64,000 bases of DNA from Candidatus Poribacteria bacterium (GCA_965208325.1 OZ242326.1:2048001-2112000); one strand, 5' to 3'. Positions 1 through 9,888 are shown, counted from the first letter of the stretch. Numbers and translations are program-made. The notes: a model not told the origin generated them from the letters alone.

Positions 1-1
1 C

Positions 2-565
2 CTGAAACCGTCGGCAATTCCCTCGACCGATAAAACTGCAGTTGAAGCAAGAACTGCTGGGTTGGAGAATTACGAAGGTTACCGCCAAACTTCTGAAGAG
101 GCGGAGGAAGGCGGCGACATCGGATTGGCGGTTGAGATGCTGCGTGAGTCTACACAGCAGTTTCCCGACAATCCCGCTGCATGGGTGGAACTAGCCGAAC
201 TGTTATATCGGAGCTCCCGAAGTATATCGAGTATCTTAGAAAAAGGAGATTTTTTCACGGAGGCGAAAACCGCCATAAGAAAAGCGTTGGACTTAGACCC
301 GACCTATGCCCCGGCATTGCTCTTGATTGGGCAGTCACTCATAACAACTGCTCATCGTAACGGTGATGATCCAACGCCTGGATTGCGGTATATCCGCCGA
401 GCGTTGGATTTGAATCTCACAAATACGCAACGCGCTCAAGCCAACTTTTGTATTGGACTTGCGCACCGCACCAATGGTGATGAGACGCAAGCGAAAGCCT
501 TTTTTGCCAAAGCCGTTGCGGCTGATGCGAAGTTTATGCCTGCTCAGTTGGCGAATATCGCTTGA
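2..565 (+). CDS. TPR-repeat protein, 5'-partial (frame is open back to the window edge)
   Basis: TPR-like helices (AWVELAELLY, ALDLDPTYAPALLLIG, ANFCIGLAH); no stop codon between positions 2 and 62 in this frame. Confidence 0.75.
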   Translation: MKPSAIPSTDKTAVEARTAGLENYEGYRQTSEEAEEGGDIGLAVEMLRESTQQFPDNPAAWVELAELLYRSSRSISSILEKGDFFTEAKTAIRKALDLDPTYAPALLLIGQSLITTAHRNGDDPTPGLRYIRRALDLNLTNTQRAQANFCIGLAHRTNGDETQAKAFFAKAVAADAKFMPAQLANIA

Positions 566-631
566 ACCAACCACTAAACACTAGACATCTTTCCTATTTA
601 ACTCAATGTGGTTGACAAAACCGAAGCGTTA

Positions 632-657
632 AGGGCAACCACAAGGGTTGCCCCTAC
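632..657 (-). repeat. GTAG-type REP palindrome (GTAGGGGCAACCCTTGTGGTTGCCCT)
   Basis: GTAG tetranucleotide followed by an imperfect GC-rich hairpin, in an intergenic region. Confidence 0.7.
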
Positions 658-689
658 AGCGCATTAGCCCAATTTGAGGGTAGTCGTTT

Positions 690-980
690 TACACCTGCCG
701 CCCCGATGGGGCTAGATGTTGATGTGTAACAGTGATTTCTATATACCTGCCGACCCTCTGGGGCTATCGGGCGGTGGAATTATTTTGGAAAGATATCTAC
801 TAAAAGCCTGTTTGAATAATAGGCGGAAAACCCTTTCTTGGGCGTTTGAGTCATTTTAATCTGTCGCCCCTCTGGGGCTTGGGTTGAATTGTGAATCGAA
901 GTTTCTATACACCTGCCACCCCTCCGGGGTTTTGGTTTAATGCATTTAGTGCTTTAAAATATTAACAATCAAACAAGTTC
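690..980. repeat. Cluster of four short palindromic repeats (consensus TACACCTGCCGCCCCTCYGGGGCT) plus a MITE-like segment bounded by AGCCTGTTTGAA...TCAAACAAGTTCT
   Basis: Copies near 690, 743, 861 and 908; 741-803 matches 40148-40210 and 805-853 matches 39841-39888. Confidence 0.75.
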
Positions 981-1029
981 TGACATCGTTAATTACACCT
1001 TAAAATTGACGTAAAGAGAAAATAACAGA

Positions 1030-1992
1030 ATGACCATTGCCAACGGATTTGATAGTATATTATTGATTGCATTTGGCGGTCCAACACCCGGATGCTGCAA
1101 AAAATATGACGGCTGCCCGGGAGAAGCGCACTGTTTCGTTGAGGGAATTGTCGGGACATCGGAGTCGCAGGCCGATCGGCTCAGAGAGGTTGCCAGCCAC
1201 TACACGGTGCTCGGCGGTTTTTCTCCTTTTAACGAGCTAACGTTCAAACAGGCTCGCGCACTTGAAACGACTCTAAAAAATGGCGGTATTGATATTCCCG
1301 TTTACACCGGGTTTCGGCACTGGACGCCGTACATCCGCGAAGTCATATCGGCGATGGGAGAGAAGAAGCATCGTAGAATTCTTGGCATCATCATGGCGCC
1401 CCACCAGTCCAAAGTTAGCTGGGATTGGTATCAGCAGACAGTTAGAGAAGCGATTGATGCGATTGATGCGCAGTTAACAATCAGTTATTTAGATCCCTGG
1501 TATACGAATCCAGGGTACATTCAAGCTATTACCAACGAAATTAAAGTTGCCTGCCAACACCTGTCGAAGGACGGCTTCGATAACGCGTCTTTGATTTTTA
1601 CGGCACATGCTGTGCCGCAATCGGTGGCGAAAACCTCGCCATACATCCAACAGTTCGCGGAAACTGCGAGGGTCGCAGCTACCCTCATTGGCAAGAAGGA
1701 CCACAATCTAGCATATCAGAGCCAAGCCGAAAATGCGAAGTTTCCTTGGACGCAGCCCGATATCAATGACCTGATTCGCGAGAAAAAACAGGCAGGCGTT
1801 AGTGGCGTTATTGTGTCTCCGATTGGGTTCTTGTGCGATCACGTCGAGGTGCTCTACGACCTAGACATAGAAGCCAGAACGACTGCCGAGGAATGTGGAA
1901 TGCGTTTTATCCGCGCCAAGACAGTCGGCGATCATCCCGAATTTATCAGCATGCTAGCGGCACTTGTACGCGAACGATGCATTAAAGTTTAA
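1030..1992 (+). CDS. hemH: Ferrochelatase (HemH/CpfC)
   Basis: LLIAFGGP, GGFSP, FTAHAVP, AYQSQ, WTQPDI and PIGFLCDHVEVLYDLD motifs. Confidence 0.95.
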   Translation: MTIANGFDSILLIAFGGPTPGCCKKYDGCPGEAHCFVEGIVGTSESQADRLREVASHYTVLGGFSPFNELTFKQARALETTLKNGGIDIPVYTGFRHWTPYIREVISAMGEKKHRRILGIIMAPHQSKVSWDWYQQTVREAIDAIDAQLTISYLDPWYTNPGYIQAITNEIKVACQHLSKDGFDNASLIFTAHAVPQSVAKTSPYIQQFAETARVAATLIGKKDHNLAYQSQAENAKFPWTQPDINDLIREKKQAGVSGVIVSPIGFLCDHVEVLYDLDIEARTTAEECGMRFIRAKTVGDHPEFISMLAALVRERCIKV

Positions 1993-2014
1993 CGACAATC
2001 ACGGAGGTGTTAAA

Positions 2015-3244
2015 ATGAGCGAAAGGCGCAAACCTTATGTCTTTGTAACACTTGAGGGACCGGATGACGGCGGCGATTTTGGCCCGAACACACCGGGCAC
2101 CAAAACGAGCGGCCTTCAAGAGGCGATAAACTACGCGCATGAAAACTGTAGAGATGTTTATATCTACGGCGGCCGAGGCGGCATGCATAAAGGAGAGGGC
2201 ATCAATCTCAACGTTTATACGCTTGAGGAAACGTTGAAAATTCCTTGGAGCCAGGATTTCCGATTGGATGGCGGTAATTACTTGCTATCATATCCAAAAA
2301 GCACCGGGGATGCTATACAAATCGACAGCCAAATGAACTGCAGATACAAGTTTGGCCTCATTGCCAGCGCCACCGAAGACGCGGCGGTGCGTTTTAAACC
2401 TGAAACCCCGGGACCTGATGATTTTGTTGTAATCACCGCCAGCGTATTTGATTTTTCAGCAGCATGCTCGCGCGGCACGGGTATTTTGATTGACACGTCC
2501 GAGGGACCGATTATCAATAGCAAAATTTTCGCCGAAGAAACAAACACCTTTAAAAACGGGGTCTATATACGCGACGACGGTACGGGGAAAGGGGCTTTTA
2601 GCAATAATTGGTTGCAGGTAATGTTTACGAACCAATGCCATGCTACCGAAGACGCCATTGGATTCCGCATAGGGGACCCGGGATCCAGCAAAATCGCTCA
2701 TAACCGTTTTTTTTCGTCTCTTCATGCGCCCACGGGTGTGTATTTTGATGAAGAGACAAAAAGGTTCACGACCCCGGAAGTATTTGAACCGTCACCGGGT
2801 GCGATTGGGGCGGATATTTTCGCCCAAAATAACCGCTTCGAATTTGCGTTCCATGGTAGTAGAGCGCCGGGAAATGACGTTGTGTTTGAAGAGGAGGCGA
2901 GAAACAACACGGTATCTGTTTGGAATCTGCCGCACGGCATCACAAATAAGGCTAGGATTCCGACCAATCGAATTATACAAAATGAGCCTGTCGGTTTTAA
3001 CGTTTCCACGCCTGCGATTCCAGCTTCAGGCACGTACCTCGTAAACACTTCCGCTTATCTCGTGGAGGTATTCATTCTATCGCCGGGCCAAGTTGTAGAT
3101 TGGACAATTGTAGATGGCGTTGGTAACGCGCAAACAGTGTCAGCCGGGCTATTCGCCGGTCAAACATTTCTCCTAGAGCCGGGCGACAAAGTCATGTTCA
3201 ACTATACGGCTCCCCCAACTTGGCGGTGGAGAGCGTTCAGGTAA
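2015..3244 (+). CDS. Hypothetical protein, probable beta-helix/beta-rich fold
   Basis: Long ORF with GGAGG RBS before ATG 2015; SGLQEAINYA N-terminal cap helix followed by Asn/Gly-rich beta-strand pattern. Confidence 0.7.
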   Translation: MSERRKPYVFVTLEGPDDGGDFGPNTPGTKTSGLQEAINYAHENCRDVYIYGGRGGMHKGEGINLNVYTLEETLKIPWSQDFRLDGGNYLLSYPKSTGDAIQIDSQMNCRYKFGLIASATEDAAVRFKPETPGPDDFVVITASVFDFSAACSRGTGILIDTSEGPIINSKIFAEETNTFKNGVYIRDDGTGKGAFSNNWLQVMFTNQCHATEDAIGFRIGDPGSSKIAHNRFFSSLHAPTGVYFDEETKRFTTPEVFEPSPGAIGADIFAQNNRFEFAFHGSRAPGNDVVFEEEARNNTVSVWNLPHGITNKARIPTNRIIQNEPVGFNVSTPAIPASGTYLVNTSAYLVEVFILSPGQVVDWTIVDGVGNAQTVSAGLFAGQTFLLEPGDKVMFNYTAPPTWRWRAFR

Positions 3245-3286
3245 AGGTCGAGAACGCCGGCAGTGTTACCCCGAGAGGAATGCGGC

Positions 3287-4072
3287 ATGACGAGAGTCAA
3301 GCAATCTGCGGCGGCATGGTGTTTTGTTCGAGACGGCGTTACCCCGGAGCAGTTTATCCAAGGCGCGGCCGAGATTGGCCTGTCAGCGGTTGAGATGATT
3401 GATCAAAAATACTGGCCGTTGGCGAAATCGCTCGGACTTCGGATTGCGATTATCTACCGTTCAGGGCTCCGATCGGGGCAACCGGTGCACTCAATCGGGT
3501 TAAACAGGCGTGAAAACCACGGTTGGTTAGGTCAAGAACTCATCGAATACATTGAACTCGCTGCTGAAAATGACGTTCCGGGCGTAATCTGTTTCGCCGG
3601 AAACCGGTACGACGGCATCTCCGATGAAGAAGGAATCGATATTACGGCGGAAGGATTGAGCCGGATTATCGGGGTGGCAGAGGAGAAAGCGGTGAATCTC
3701 TGCCTGGAACTGCTCAATAGCAAGATTGACTGCCCCGGATACCAGTGCGACCGTGTCGCATGGGGGGCATCGGTGTGTGAGCGCGTGAACTCGCCGCGGA
3801 TGAAACTTCTCTTTGACATCTACCACATGCAGATTATGGAGGGGGATCTCATCCGAAATATTAGGGAGAACATCCAGCATATCGGGCACTTCCACATCGC
3901 GGGCAACCCTGGGCGGCGGGATATGGACGAGACACAAGAGATTAACTGCCGGGCTGTGATACAAGCTATCGCTGAGACCGGTTACGACCTATATGTTAGC
4001 CACGAATTCATCCCCAAGGGCGATGTGATTGGAGGGTTGAGAGCGGCGTTTCACCGGTGTAGTGCGGGCTAG
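3287..4072 (+). CDS. Hydroxypyruvate isomerase / xylose-isomerase-like TIM barrel protein
   Basis: ELLNSKID.PGYQCD, LFDIYHMQIMEGD, GHFHIAGNPGR and HEF.P motifs. Confidence 0.9.
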   Translation: MTRVKQSAAAWCFVRDGVTPEQFIQGAAEIGLSAVEMIDQKYWPLAKSLGLRIAIIYRSGLRSGQPVHSIGLNRRENHGWLGQELIEYIELAAENDVPGVICFAGNRYDGISDEEGIDITAEGLSRIIGVAEEKAVNLCLELLNSKIDCPGYQCDRVAWGASVCERVNSPRMKLLFDIYHMQIMEGDLIRNIRENIQHIGHFHIAGNPGRRDMDETQEINCRAVIQAIAETGYDLYVSHEFIPKGDVIGGLRAAFHRCSAG

Positions 4073-4109
4073 ATTTCAATGCGATGAGGTGTAATTGCGG
4101 AGAGATACA

Positions 4110-5555
4110 ATGGCAGTGAAGCGCGGCGACGCGCGCCGTGCTGTCGTCATCGGCGGCGGCGTCACAGGACTGGCGGCTTGTTACCGTTTGATAACTGAAT
4201 CCCGTAAGCGCGGTGTTCCACTTGATGTTAAACTGTTGGAAGCGAGTGAGCTGCTAGGAGGCGTAATTCGCACCTCAAAGGTAGACGGTTATATCATCGA
4301 ACACGGTCCTGATGCTTTTATCTCCGCAAAGCCGTGGGCGAAAGCGTTATGCGAGGAGCTTGGGATTGCGGATAGACTCATTGGAACAAACCCGAAGCAA
4401 AGACGCAGCTTTATCCTTCACAAAGGCGCGCTGCATCCCGTTCCTGAAGGCTTTTATTTGATGGCGCCAGCGTCGTTTCTACCATTTGTGAAGTCGCCGA
4501 TTTTCACTTGGCGAGGGAAGTTACGAATGGCGCTGGATCTCTGCATTCCCCGCCATCGACACGGCGAAGAGGAATCGGTGGAACATTTCGTTAAGCGCCG
4601 GTTGGGGACAGAGGCGTTCACTCGGATGGCGCAACCGATGATTGGCGGGGTCTACACAGGGGATGCAAAGCATCTTAGTCTGAAAGCGACGCTGCCGCAA
4701 TTTCTTGAAATGGAGCAAGCGCACGGAAGTATCATCAAAGCGTTGATTCGGCGGAAGAAACAATCCAAGGCGGAAATCACCGGCACGAGCGGTCCACGTT
4801 ACAGCTTGTTCCTTACGCTTGAACCAGGAATGCAGACGCTTGTTGACACCCTCGTTGAGCGCTTGCCGCCCGATTCTATACAGCTAGGGGCGGAGGCCAA
4901 TCGGATTGAACAGCCTGCTAACCGGGAAGGTTGGCGTGTTCACCTCAATAATCAAGAGACCATTGAAACCGATATCGTCTGTCTTGCGCTCCCCGCCACG
5001 CGAGCTGCGTCATTAATGACGACAGTTGCCCCCGATCTTTCGGCACTTCTTGCGTCCATTCCATACGCATCCTCCGCTGCAGTCAATTTGGCGTTTCATC
5101 GAAAGCAGATTGAACACCCCCTAAATGGTACAGGTTTTGTTGTTCCGGCTACGGAAGGGCGTTCGATATTGGGGTGTACATTCAGCAGCGTCAAGTTTGC
5201 AGGACGCGCCCCTACAGATGAAGTGTTATTGAGAGCATTTGTAGGAGGCGCATTACAACCGAACCAGCTTCTTCAATCTGAATCCGATTTGGTTGAATGT
5301 GTGTTAAAGGATTTGCGTGAAACCCTCGGAATTCACGGAGAACCGACGCTGTCCACCGTGAGCCATCACAGGAACGCAATGGCACAGTATCATGCGGGTC
5401 ATATGGACAAAGCGGCAACGATTAAAGCGCAAGCGGGAAGACTCCGGGGACTTGCACTTGCGGGTAACGCTTACCACGGTATCGGTATTCCCGATTGCAT
5501 TCATAGCGGAGAGCAAGCGGCGTATACTCTATTGGAATACCTTGAAACCGTGTAA
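4110..5555 (+). CDS. hemY: Protoporphyrinogen/coproporphyrinogen oxidase (HemY/HemG, FAD-dependent)
   Basis: GGGVTGLAA Rossmann motif, EHGPDAF, SSVKF.GRAP, LAGNAY.GIGIPDCI. Confidence 0.95.
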   Translation: MAVKRGDARRAVVIGGGVTGLAACYRLITESRKRGVPLDVKLLEASELLGGVIRTSKVDGYIIEHGPDAFISAKPWAKALCEELGIADRLIGTNPKQRRSFILHKGALHPVPEGFYLMAPASFLPFVKSPIFTWRGKLRMALDLCIPRHRHGEEESVEHFVKRRLGTEAFTRMAQPMIGGVYTGDAKHLSLKATLPQFLEMEQAHGSIIKALIRRKKQSKAEITGTSGPRYSLFLTLEPGMQTLVDTLVERLPPDSIQLGAEANRIEQPANREGWRVHLNNQETIETDIVCLALPATRAASLMTTVAPDLSALLASIPYASSAAVNLAFHRKQIEHPLNGTGFVVPATEGRSILGCTFSSVKFAGRAPTDEVLLRAFVGGALQPNQLLQSESDLVECVLKDLRETLGIHGEPTLSTVSHHRNAMAQYHAGHMDKAATIKAQAGRLRGLALAGNAYHGIGIPDCIHSGEQAAYTLLEYLETV

Positions 5556-5605
5556 ACGCTCGCCTCACGGTGCTTGCAACGATTCAAACGTAGGCACGTT
5601 AAGTT

Positions 5606-6739
5606 TTGCAAGCTACGGGGCTGAGGAAATCGGGGGAAATGGGAGACCTGGGAAGATTTATACCGTGTTTTGCGTTTTGCCATTCGAGAATACCGCATTT
5701 CGCATTACTTGTTACATTGATTAACTTAATAATCTTGATATGTGTTTCTCCGATTTCCGTTGTGCACACGCAACAGTCGATCGAGATTGAGGAGGGGGAG
5801 AATCAAAATCTCGCCAGCACGCATTTGGGGTACGATGATATTTATGACGAGTTTAGGCGGGGCAGATGCAGGAATTGTCACCCGGCAATCTGGCGGGAGT
5901 GGGAGAAATCGCGGCATGCACAGGCATGGAAAGATCCTATTTATCAAAAAGCTGCGAGTGAAATCCCTGATCGGGAAGAGAGTTGCGATCCATGCCATGC
6001 ACCGCAGCCGATTCTGATCACCGGCATCGGAAAGATGCCGAAATTGCGGGCGACAGATCGAGACTCTGGCGTATCCTGCATGGTGTGCCATGTCGATGCG
6101 AATGGCGGGATGCACGGTCCGCCCGCAAGCATTGACGCAGTTGTACATGTGAACATTACCGACGAGTTTCATCAGACTCCTATTGAACTTTGCGGCACAT
6201 GCCACGGTCAGCCCGGCGTGCCTGAATACAATCAATTGGCTAGCTTCAAGCATAGTCCTGCCGCAAAAGCAGGAAAACACTGTGCGACCTGCCACATGCC
6301 CGCCATTAAACGGTTACAGAGCCTTCGGAGCGACGATCCGATTCTGGGCGGGCGCCACACTTGGATTGCGAGCCGCAGTGTTGACATGCTAAAAAGCGCG
6401 GTGGATCTGAAAATTACGTTCTCCGAGAATAAGGCGGTGATTCACGTCACCAACAAGTCCGGGCATGTACTCCCCGGCGGGGGGTTGCGCATCGTCGTTC
6501 TTGATGTGAAAATCTACGATAATAGCGGTTCGATTATTGGGCATGAACAGAATTCAATTTCAGCTACGTCAGGGGAAGGCGGCGATGACAACCGCATCCA
6601 GCCGGGTGTGACTCGGCAGTTCAGATATGGATTTGGTCATGGAGCAGAGATTGAGGCGAAGCTGCGTTATCGACTGCTGCCGACAACGCCGGAATCAGAA
6701 TGGATTACGATGGCGGAGGATCGCCAGACTGTGCAGTGA
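5606..6739 (+). CDS. Multiheme c-type cytochrome (5 CxxCH); start uncertain
   Basis: CRNCH, CDPCH, CMVCH, CGTCH and CATCH; WE.SRHAQAW motif; N-terminal hydrophobic segment. Confidence 0.85.
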   Translation: MQATGLRKSGEMGDLGRFIPCFAFCHSRIPHFALLVTLINLIILICVSPISVVHTQQSIEIEEGENQNLASTHLGYDDIYDEFRRGRCRNCHPAIWREWEKSRHAQAWKDPIYQKAASEIPDREESCDPCHAPQPILITGIGKMPKLRATDRDSGVSCMVCHVDANGGMHGPPASIDAVVHVNITDEFHQTPIELCGTCHGQPGVPEYNQLASFKHSPAAKAGKHCATCHMPAIKRLQSLRSDDPILGGRHTWIASRSVDMLKSAVDLKITFSENKAVIHVTNKSGHVLPGGGLRIVVLDVKIYDNSGSIIGHEQNSISATSGEGGDDNRIQPGVTRQFRYGFGHGAEIEAKLRYRLLPTTPESEWITMAEDRQTVQ

Positions 6740-6950
6740 ATTGGCGAGCACCTTATGATAAATCTATCTTCCTTTATCCTCCAATACAGCGCAATTGAAA
6801 CGCCTATGGTCGGGAGGTTAAAGCACGATGCGCATCCGTGAATCTTGAGACTCGCTTGGGAAACAACTCTTGATTCAAGCCGATCTAACCTGCCGTTAAA
6901 GTCCATTTCAGGTTGCCGCTGTCCTGTGATAACTTGTGGAGTGAGAATCA

Positions 6951-7826
6951 ATGAATACAACCTACACATCCCCCGTAAGCAGTTTACTGACCTATGGCGA
7001 TTGTCGTGAGTCTCAGGAATGGCCGAACTATCTAGAACTCGGTTTCACCCAAGAGCACATTCCTGAATTGATTCGAATGGCTACAGACCAAGAACTGAAT
7101 TGGGGTGACTCAGACGATCTGGAAGTATGGGCGCCCGTGCATGCTTGGCGGACTCTTGGACAATTGCGAGCGGAAGAAGCGATTGAACCGTTGATGTGCT
7201 TGTTCCATGAATTAGAAGAGCTCGACTGGATGAGCGAGGAACTTCCCATAGTTTACGGCATGATTGGTGTCAACGCGATACCTGCGCTCGAAAGGTATCT
7301 ATCGGATTCTTCTAACAGCATCTATCCACGTCTTAGCGCGGCTTACGGTTTGGAACGTATCGGCATCACAATCCCGGCAGCGCGGGAAGAATGTGTTTCC
7401 ATACTGACGCATCAATTGGACCGGTTTAAAGAACAAGCTCTTGACTTCAATGCACTCTTGATAGCTCACTTGATCAATCTGAAAGGAGTGGAATCCATAT
7501 CAAACATACGAAAAGCCTTTGTAGAGGGCTATGTCGAATACGCAGTCTGTGGCGATATCGAAGATGTAGAAATCGAGTTGGGATTAAGAAGTCATCGATC
7601 CACGCCTGCAAACTACCCTACATTGGCAGACCAGTTTTTCCCTGATTTGAAAGCGGTTCTTTCGCGTCATGAGACCAAGAAGAAAAATAAAGTCGGGAGA
7701 AATGAACCATGTCCATGTGGAAGCGGTAAGAAATATAAGAAATGCTGTCTCAACAAACCAAAGGAATCGGTGGACACGCAGGAGTTTTCCCCAAAACAGA
7801 TCGAATTATCGGAATCAGAGAAATAG
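6951..7826 (+). CDS. DUF1186-like helical protein with C-terminal SEC-C zinc motif
   Basis: [33 protein letters not shown]. Confidence 0.85.
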   Translation: MNTTYTSPVSSLLTYGDCRESQEWPNYLELGFTQEHIPELIRMATDQELNWGDSDDLEVWAPVHAWRTLGQLRAEEAIEPLMCLFHELEELDWMSEELPIVYGMIGVNAIPALERYLSDSSNSIYPRLSAAYGLERIGITIPAAREECVSILTHQLDRFKEQALDFNALLIAHLINLKGVESISNIRKAFVEGYVEYAVCGDIEDVEIELGLRSHRSTPANYPTLADQFFPDLKAVLSRHETKKKNKVGRNEPCPCGSGKKYKKCCLNKPKESVDTQEFSPKQIELSESEK

Positions 7827-7973
7827 GAGATTCAATTGATGCTGAACCATGGAAAAAGAATTCAGGCGATGCAACGAGTTATGAAGCACACAAATGCTGG
7901 ATTAAAAGCCGCCAAAGATAATATAGACCATTTCCGGTAAAATGAAGTGTTCATGGATTTTTTGTACAGGGTT

Positions 7974-8735
7974 CTACGTTTTGAAATCCCCATGCGATTG
8001 GTTGATTAACGCCGCGCTATAGCCTGCACCAAACCCGTTGTCAATGTTGACGACGGTCACGCCAGCGGCGCAGGTATTAAGCATACCCAAGAGCGCAGCC
8101 ATGCCTCCAAAACTAGCGCCATACCCGACACTTGTTGGAACAGCAATCACGGGTTTATCAACCAATCCACCGACAACACTCGGGAGCGCCCCCTCCATCC
8201 CCGCTACAACTATGATTACGCGTGCTTTGACCAGCGTTTCGTGGTTGCCGAGCAGGCGGTGTAGTCCCGCGACGCCGACATCATACAGGCGTTCGACGCG
8301 GTTTCCCAAAATCTGGGCGGTTTCTACAGCCTCTTCCGCTACAGGGATATCCGATGTGCCCGCCGATACGACCAAGATGCCGTCATGCAATTCCCCAGAT
8401 GGCTGACCAACGCTAATAGTTCGTCCAAGTTCGTTAAATTGCGCGGACGCATCAAGGGTAAGCACCGCTTCATAAATTTCCTGGGTGGCGCGAGTCGCAA
8501 AAAGGAGATTGCCCGCCGCCAGAATTCGCCTGCTAATTTCTTTAACGTGATTAACGGTTTTTCCTTCGCAAAAGATAACTTCCGGAAAGCCTTTCCGCAG
8601 TTGACGGTGGTGATCGACTTTGGAAAACTGTATATCTTCAAACGGCAGATAGCGCAGGGATTGAATTGCCGCATCAATGTCAATGTCACCGTGCTGAACA
8701 CCTTCAAGGAGCGTTTTTAGTTTATCAAGATTCAT
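7974..8735 (-). CDS. larB: Nickel-pincer cofactor biosynthesis protein LarB (PurE-like)
   Basis: DHHR..RKGFPEVIFCEGKT, AGTSDIPVAEEA, DVGVAGLHRL, AGMEGALPSVV, VVNIDNGFGA. Confidence 0.93.
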   Translation of the reverse strand: MNLDKLKTLLEGVQHGDIDIDAAIQSLRYLPFEDIQFSKVDHHRQLRKGFPEVIFCEGKTVNHVKEISRRILAAGNLLFATRATQEIYEAVLTLDASAQFNELGRTISVGQPSGELHDGILVVSAGTSDIPVAEEAVETAQILGNRVERLYDVGVAGLHRLLGNHETLVKARVIIVVAGMEGALPSVVGGLVDKPVIAVPTSVGYGASFGGMAALLGMLNTCAAGVTVVNIDNGFGAGYSAALINQSHGDFKT

Positions 8736-8762
8736 ACGCAGCGTTATTCGAAATTCGAGATT

Positions 8763-8801
8763 AAAAAGAAGCCACAGGTGGAAACACGCCCTGTGGCTTC
8801 T
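8763..8801 (-). terminator. Rho-independent terminator downstream of the alaS-DUF948-YtxH operon
   Basis: Stem AGAAGCCACAGG/CCTGTGGCTTCT followed by a T-run on the minus strand. Confidence 0.7.
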
Positions 8802-8906
8802 ACTTTCGCGGATAAATTATGTGTGATTAGCCTACGTCAACAAAGTGAGCGAACAATAGTCAGGTGATCGGCGTTCGCACTTTGCCCTAAGATAAGCAGA
8901 AACATT

Positions 8907-9284
8907 TCAACTTGCGGACTCGCCATCGGTCTTTTTTGAATTGCCATCTTTTTGAACATCCGCATCTGACAGCTCATCCTTCTTTTTGACGAAGGCTTTT
9001 TTGCCCGCTTTAACGGCTGCTTTCATACCGCCTTTTGTTTCATCAATTCGGTCTTTACCTTGATTGACGAGTTCAGTGGCTCTTCCTTTGGCGGTGTGGA
9101 CAGCATCAACAGTCTTGTCTTTGGCATCCATAGAGACTTCACGGATCCTTCTTCGCGTTTCGCTGCCTGCGAATGGAGCCAGCAGCAAACTGAGGACAGC
9201 ACCAACCAAACCGCCCATGAAAAAAGCAACTAAGTATCCAAGTCCGCTTCCACGTTCTTCATTCTTCACTTTAATTACCTCCAT
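8907..9284 (-). CDS. YtxH domain protein
   Basis: FFMGGLVGAVLSLLLAPFAGSETRRRI followed by a Lys/Ala-rich coil. Confidence 0.85.
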   Translation of the reverse strand: MEVIKVKNEERGSGLGYLVAFFMGGLVGAVLSLLLAPFAGSETRRRIREVSMDAKDKTVDAVHTAKGRATELVNQGKDRIDETKGGMKAAVKAGKKAFVKKKDELSDADVQKDGNSKKTDGESAS

Positions 9285-9312
9285 TCTCGTAAATTAGATA
9301 TTATTCATTACA

Positions 9313-9831
9313 TTATTCGGAACCATCTTTTTCCTCTGGTTTCCATGATTGACTAAATACCTCCCAACCAGTCTTTATTCCGCTCCACAAACTAATCATG
9401 TCTGAGATGGGAACAGTGAGTTGATCTCGATAGTATTCAGCACGATTGACCGTTTTTTGGGAAAAATCGCCGATCAAGTTCATCAATTCATCTAGCTTTG
9501 CAACACTCTGATTCACAACCTGCGTCATTTCATGAATGTTGTGTGTAATCGGCTGGACTTCAGATTCGCTAATGTGCTGGATAGAAGCTGTGATTGCATT
9601 GACATTTTTGAGCAGTTCTGGCAATTCGGTATTCAACGCTTTGACGGACTGATCGACCTCCTTGAGTAAACCGTTTAGCTCATTGTCCACTATTGCTTCT
9701 ACCGATTTGAAGGTGCCGCCAATGTCTTTAAGCACCCTGCCTAAGCGTACAACCAGATATATAGCTGCGCCACTGAGTACGATCAGGAATACAGATAAAC
9801 TTAGCTTCCAAACTAACGGAGCCCATTCCAT
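9313..9831 (-). CDS. DUF948/YtxG-like membrane-anchored coiled-coil protein
   Basis: N-terminal TM helix plus coiled coil, directly upstream of the YtxH gene. Confidence 0.7.
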   Translation of the reverse strand: MEWAPLVWKLSLSVFLIVLSGAAIYLVVRLGRVLKDIGGTFKSVEAIVDNELNGLLKEVDQSVKALNTELPELLKNVNAITASIQHISESEVQPITHNIHEMTQVVNQSVAKLDELMNLIGDFSQKTVNRAEYYRDQLTVPISDMISLWSGIKTGWEVFSQSWKPEEKDGSE

Positions 9832-9888
9832 ATCAAATTCCTTTCTACATCAACTAATGTACAACATCTCAAGCTGGCGCAACATTCT

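Noticed and set aside
690..930. Short repeats with variable spacers resembling a CRISPR array
   Set aside because: Repeats are degenerate, irregularly spaced and dispersed elsewhere in the window; no cas genes; better explained as REPs
7974..8735. Complete lactate racemase (lar) system
   Set aside because: Only larB is present; larA, larC and larE are not in the window, and dispersed lar genes are common
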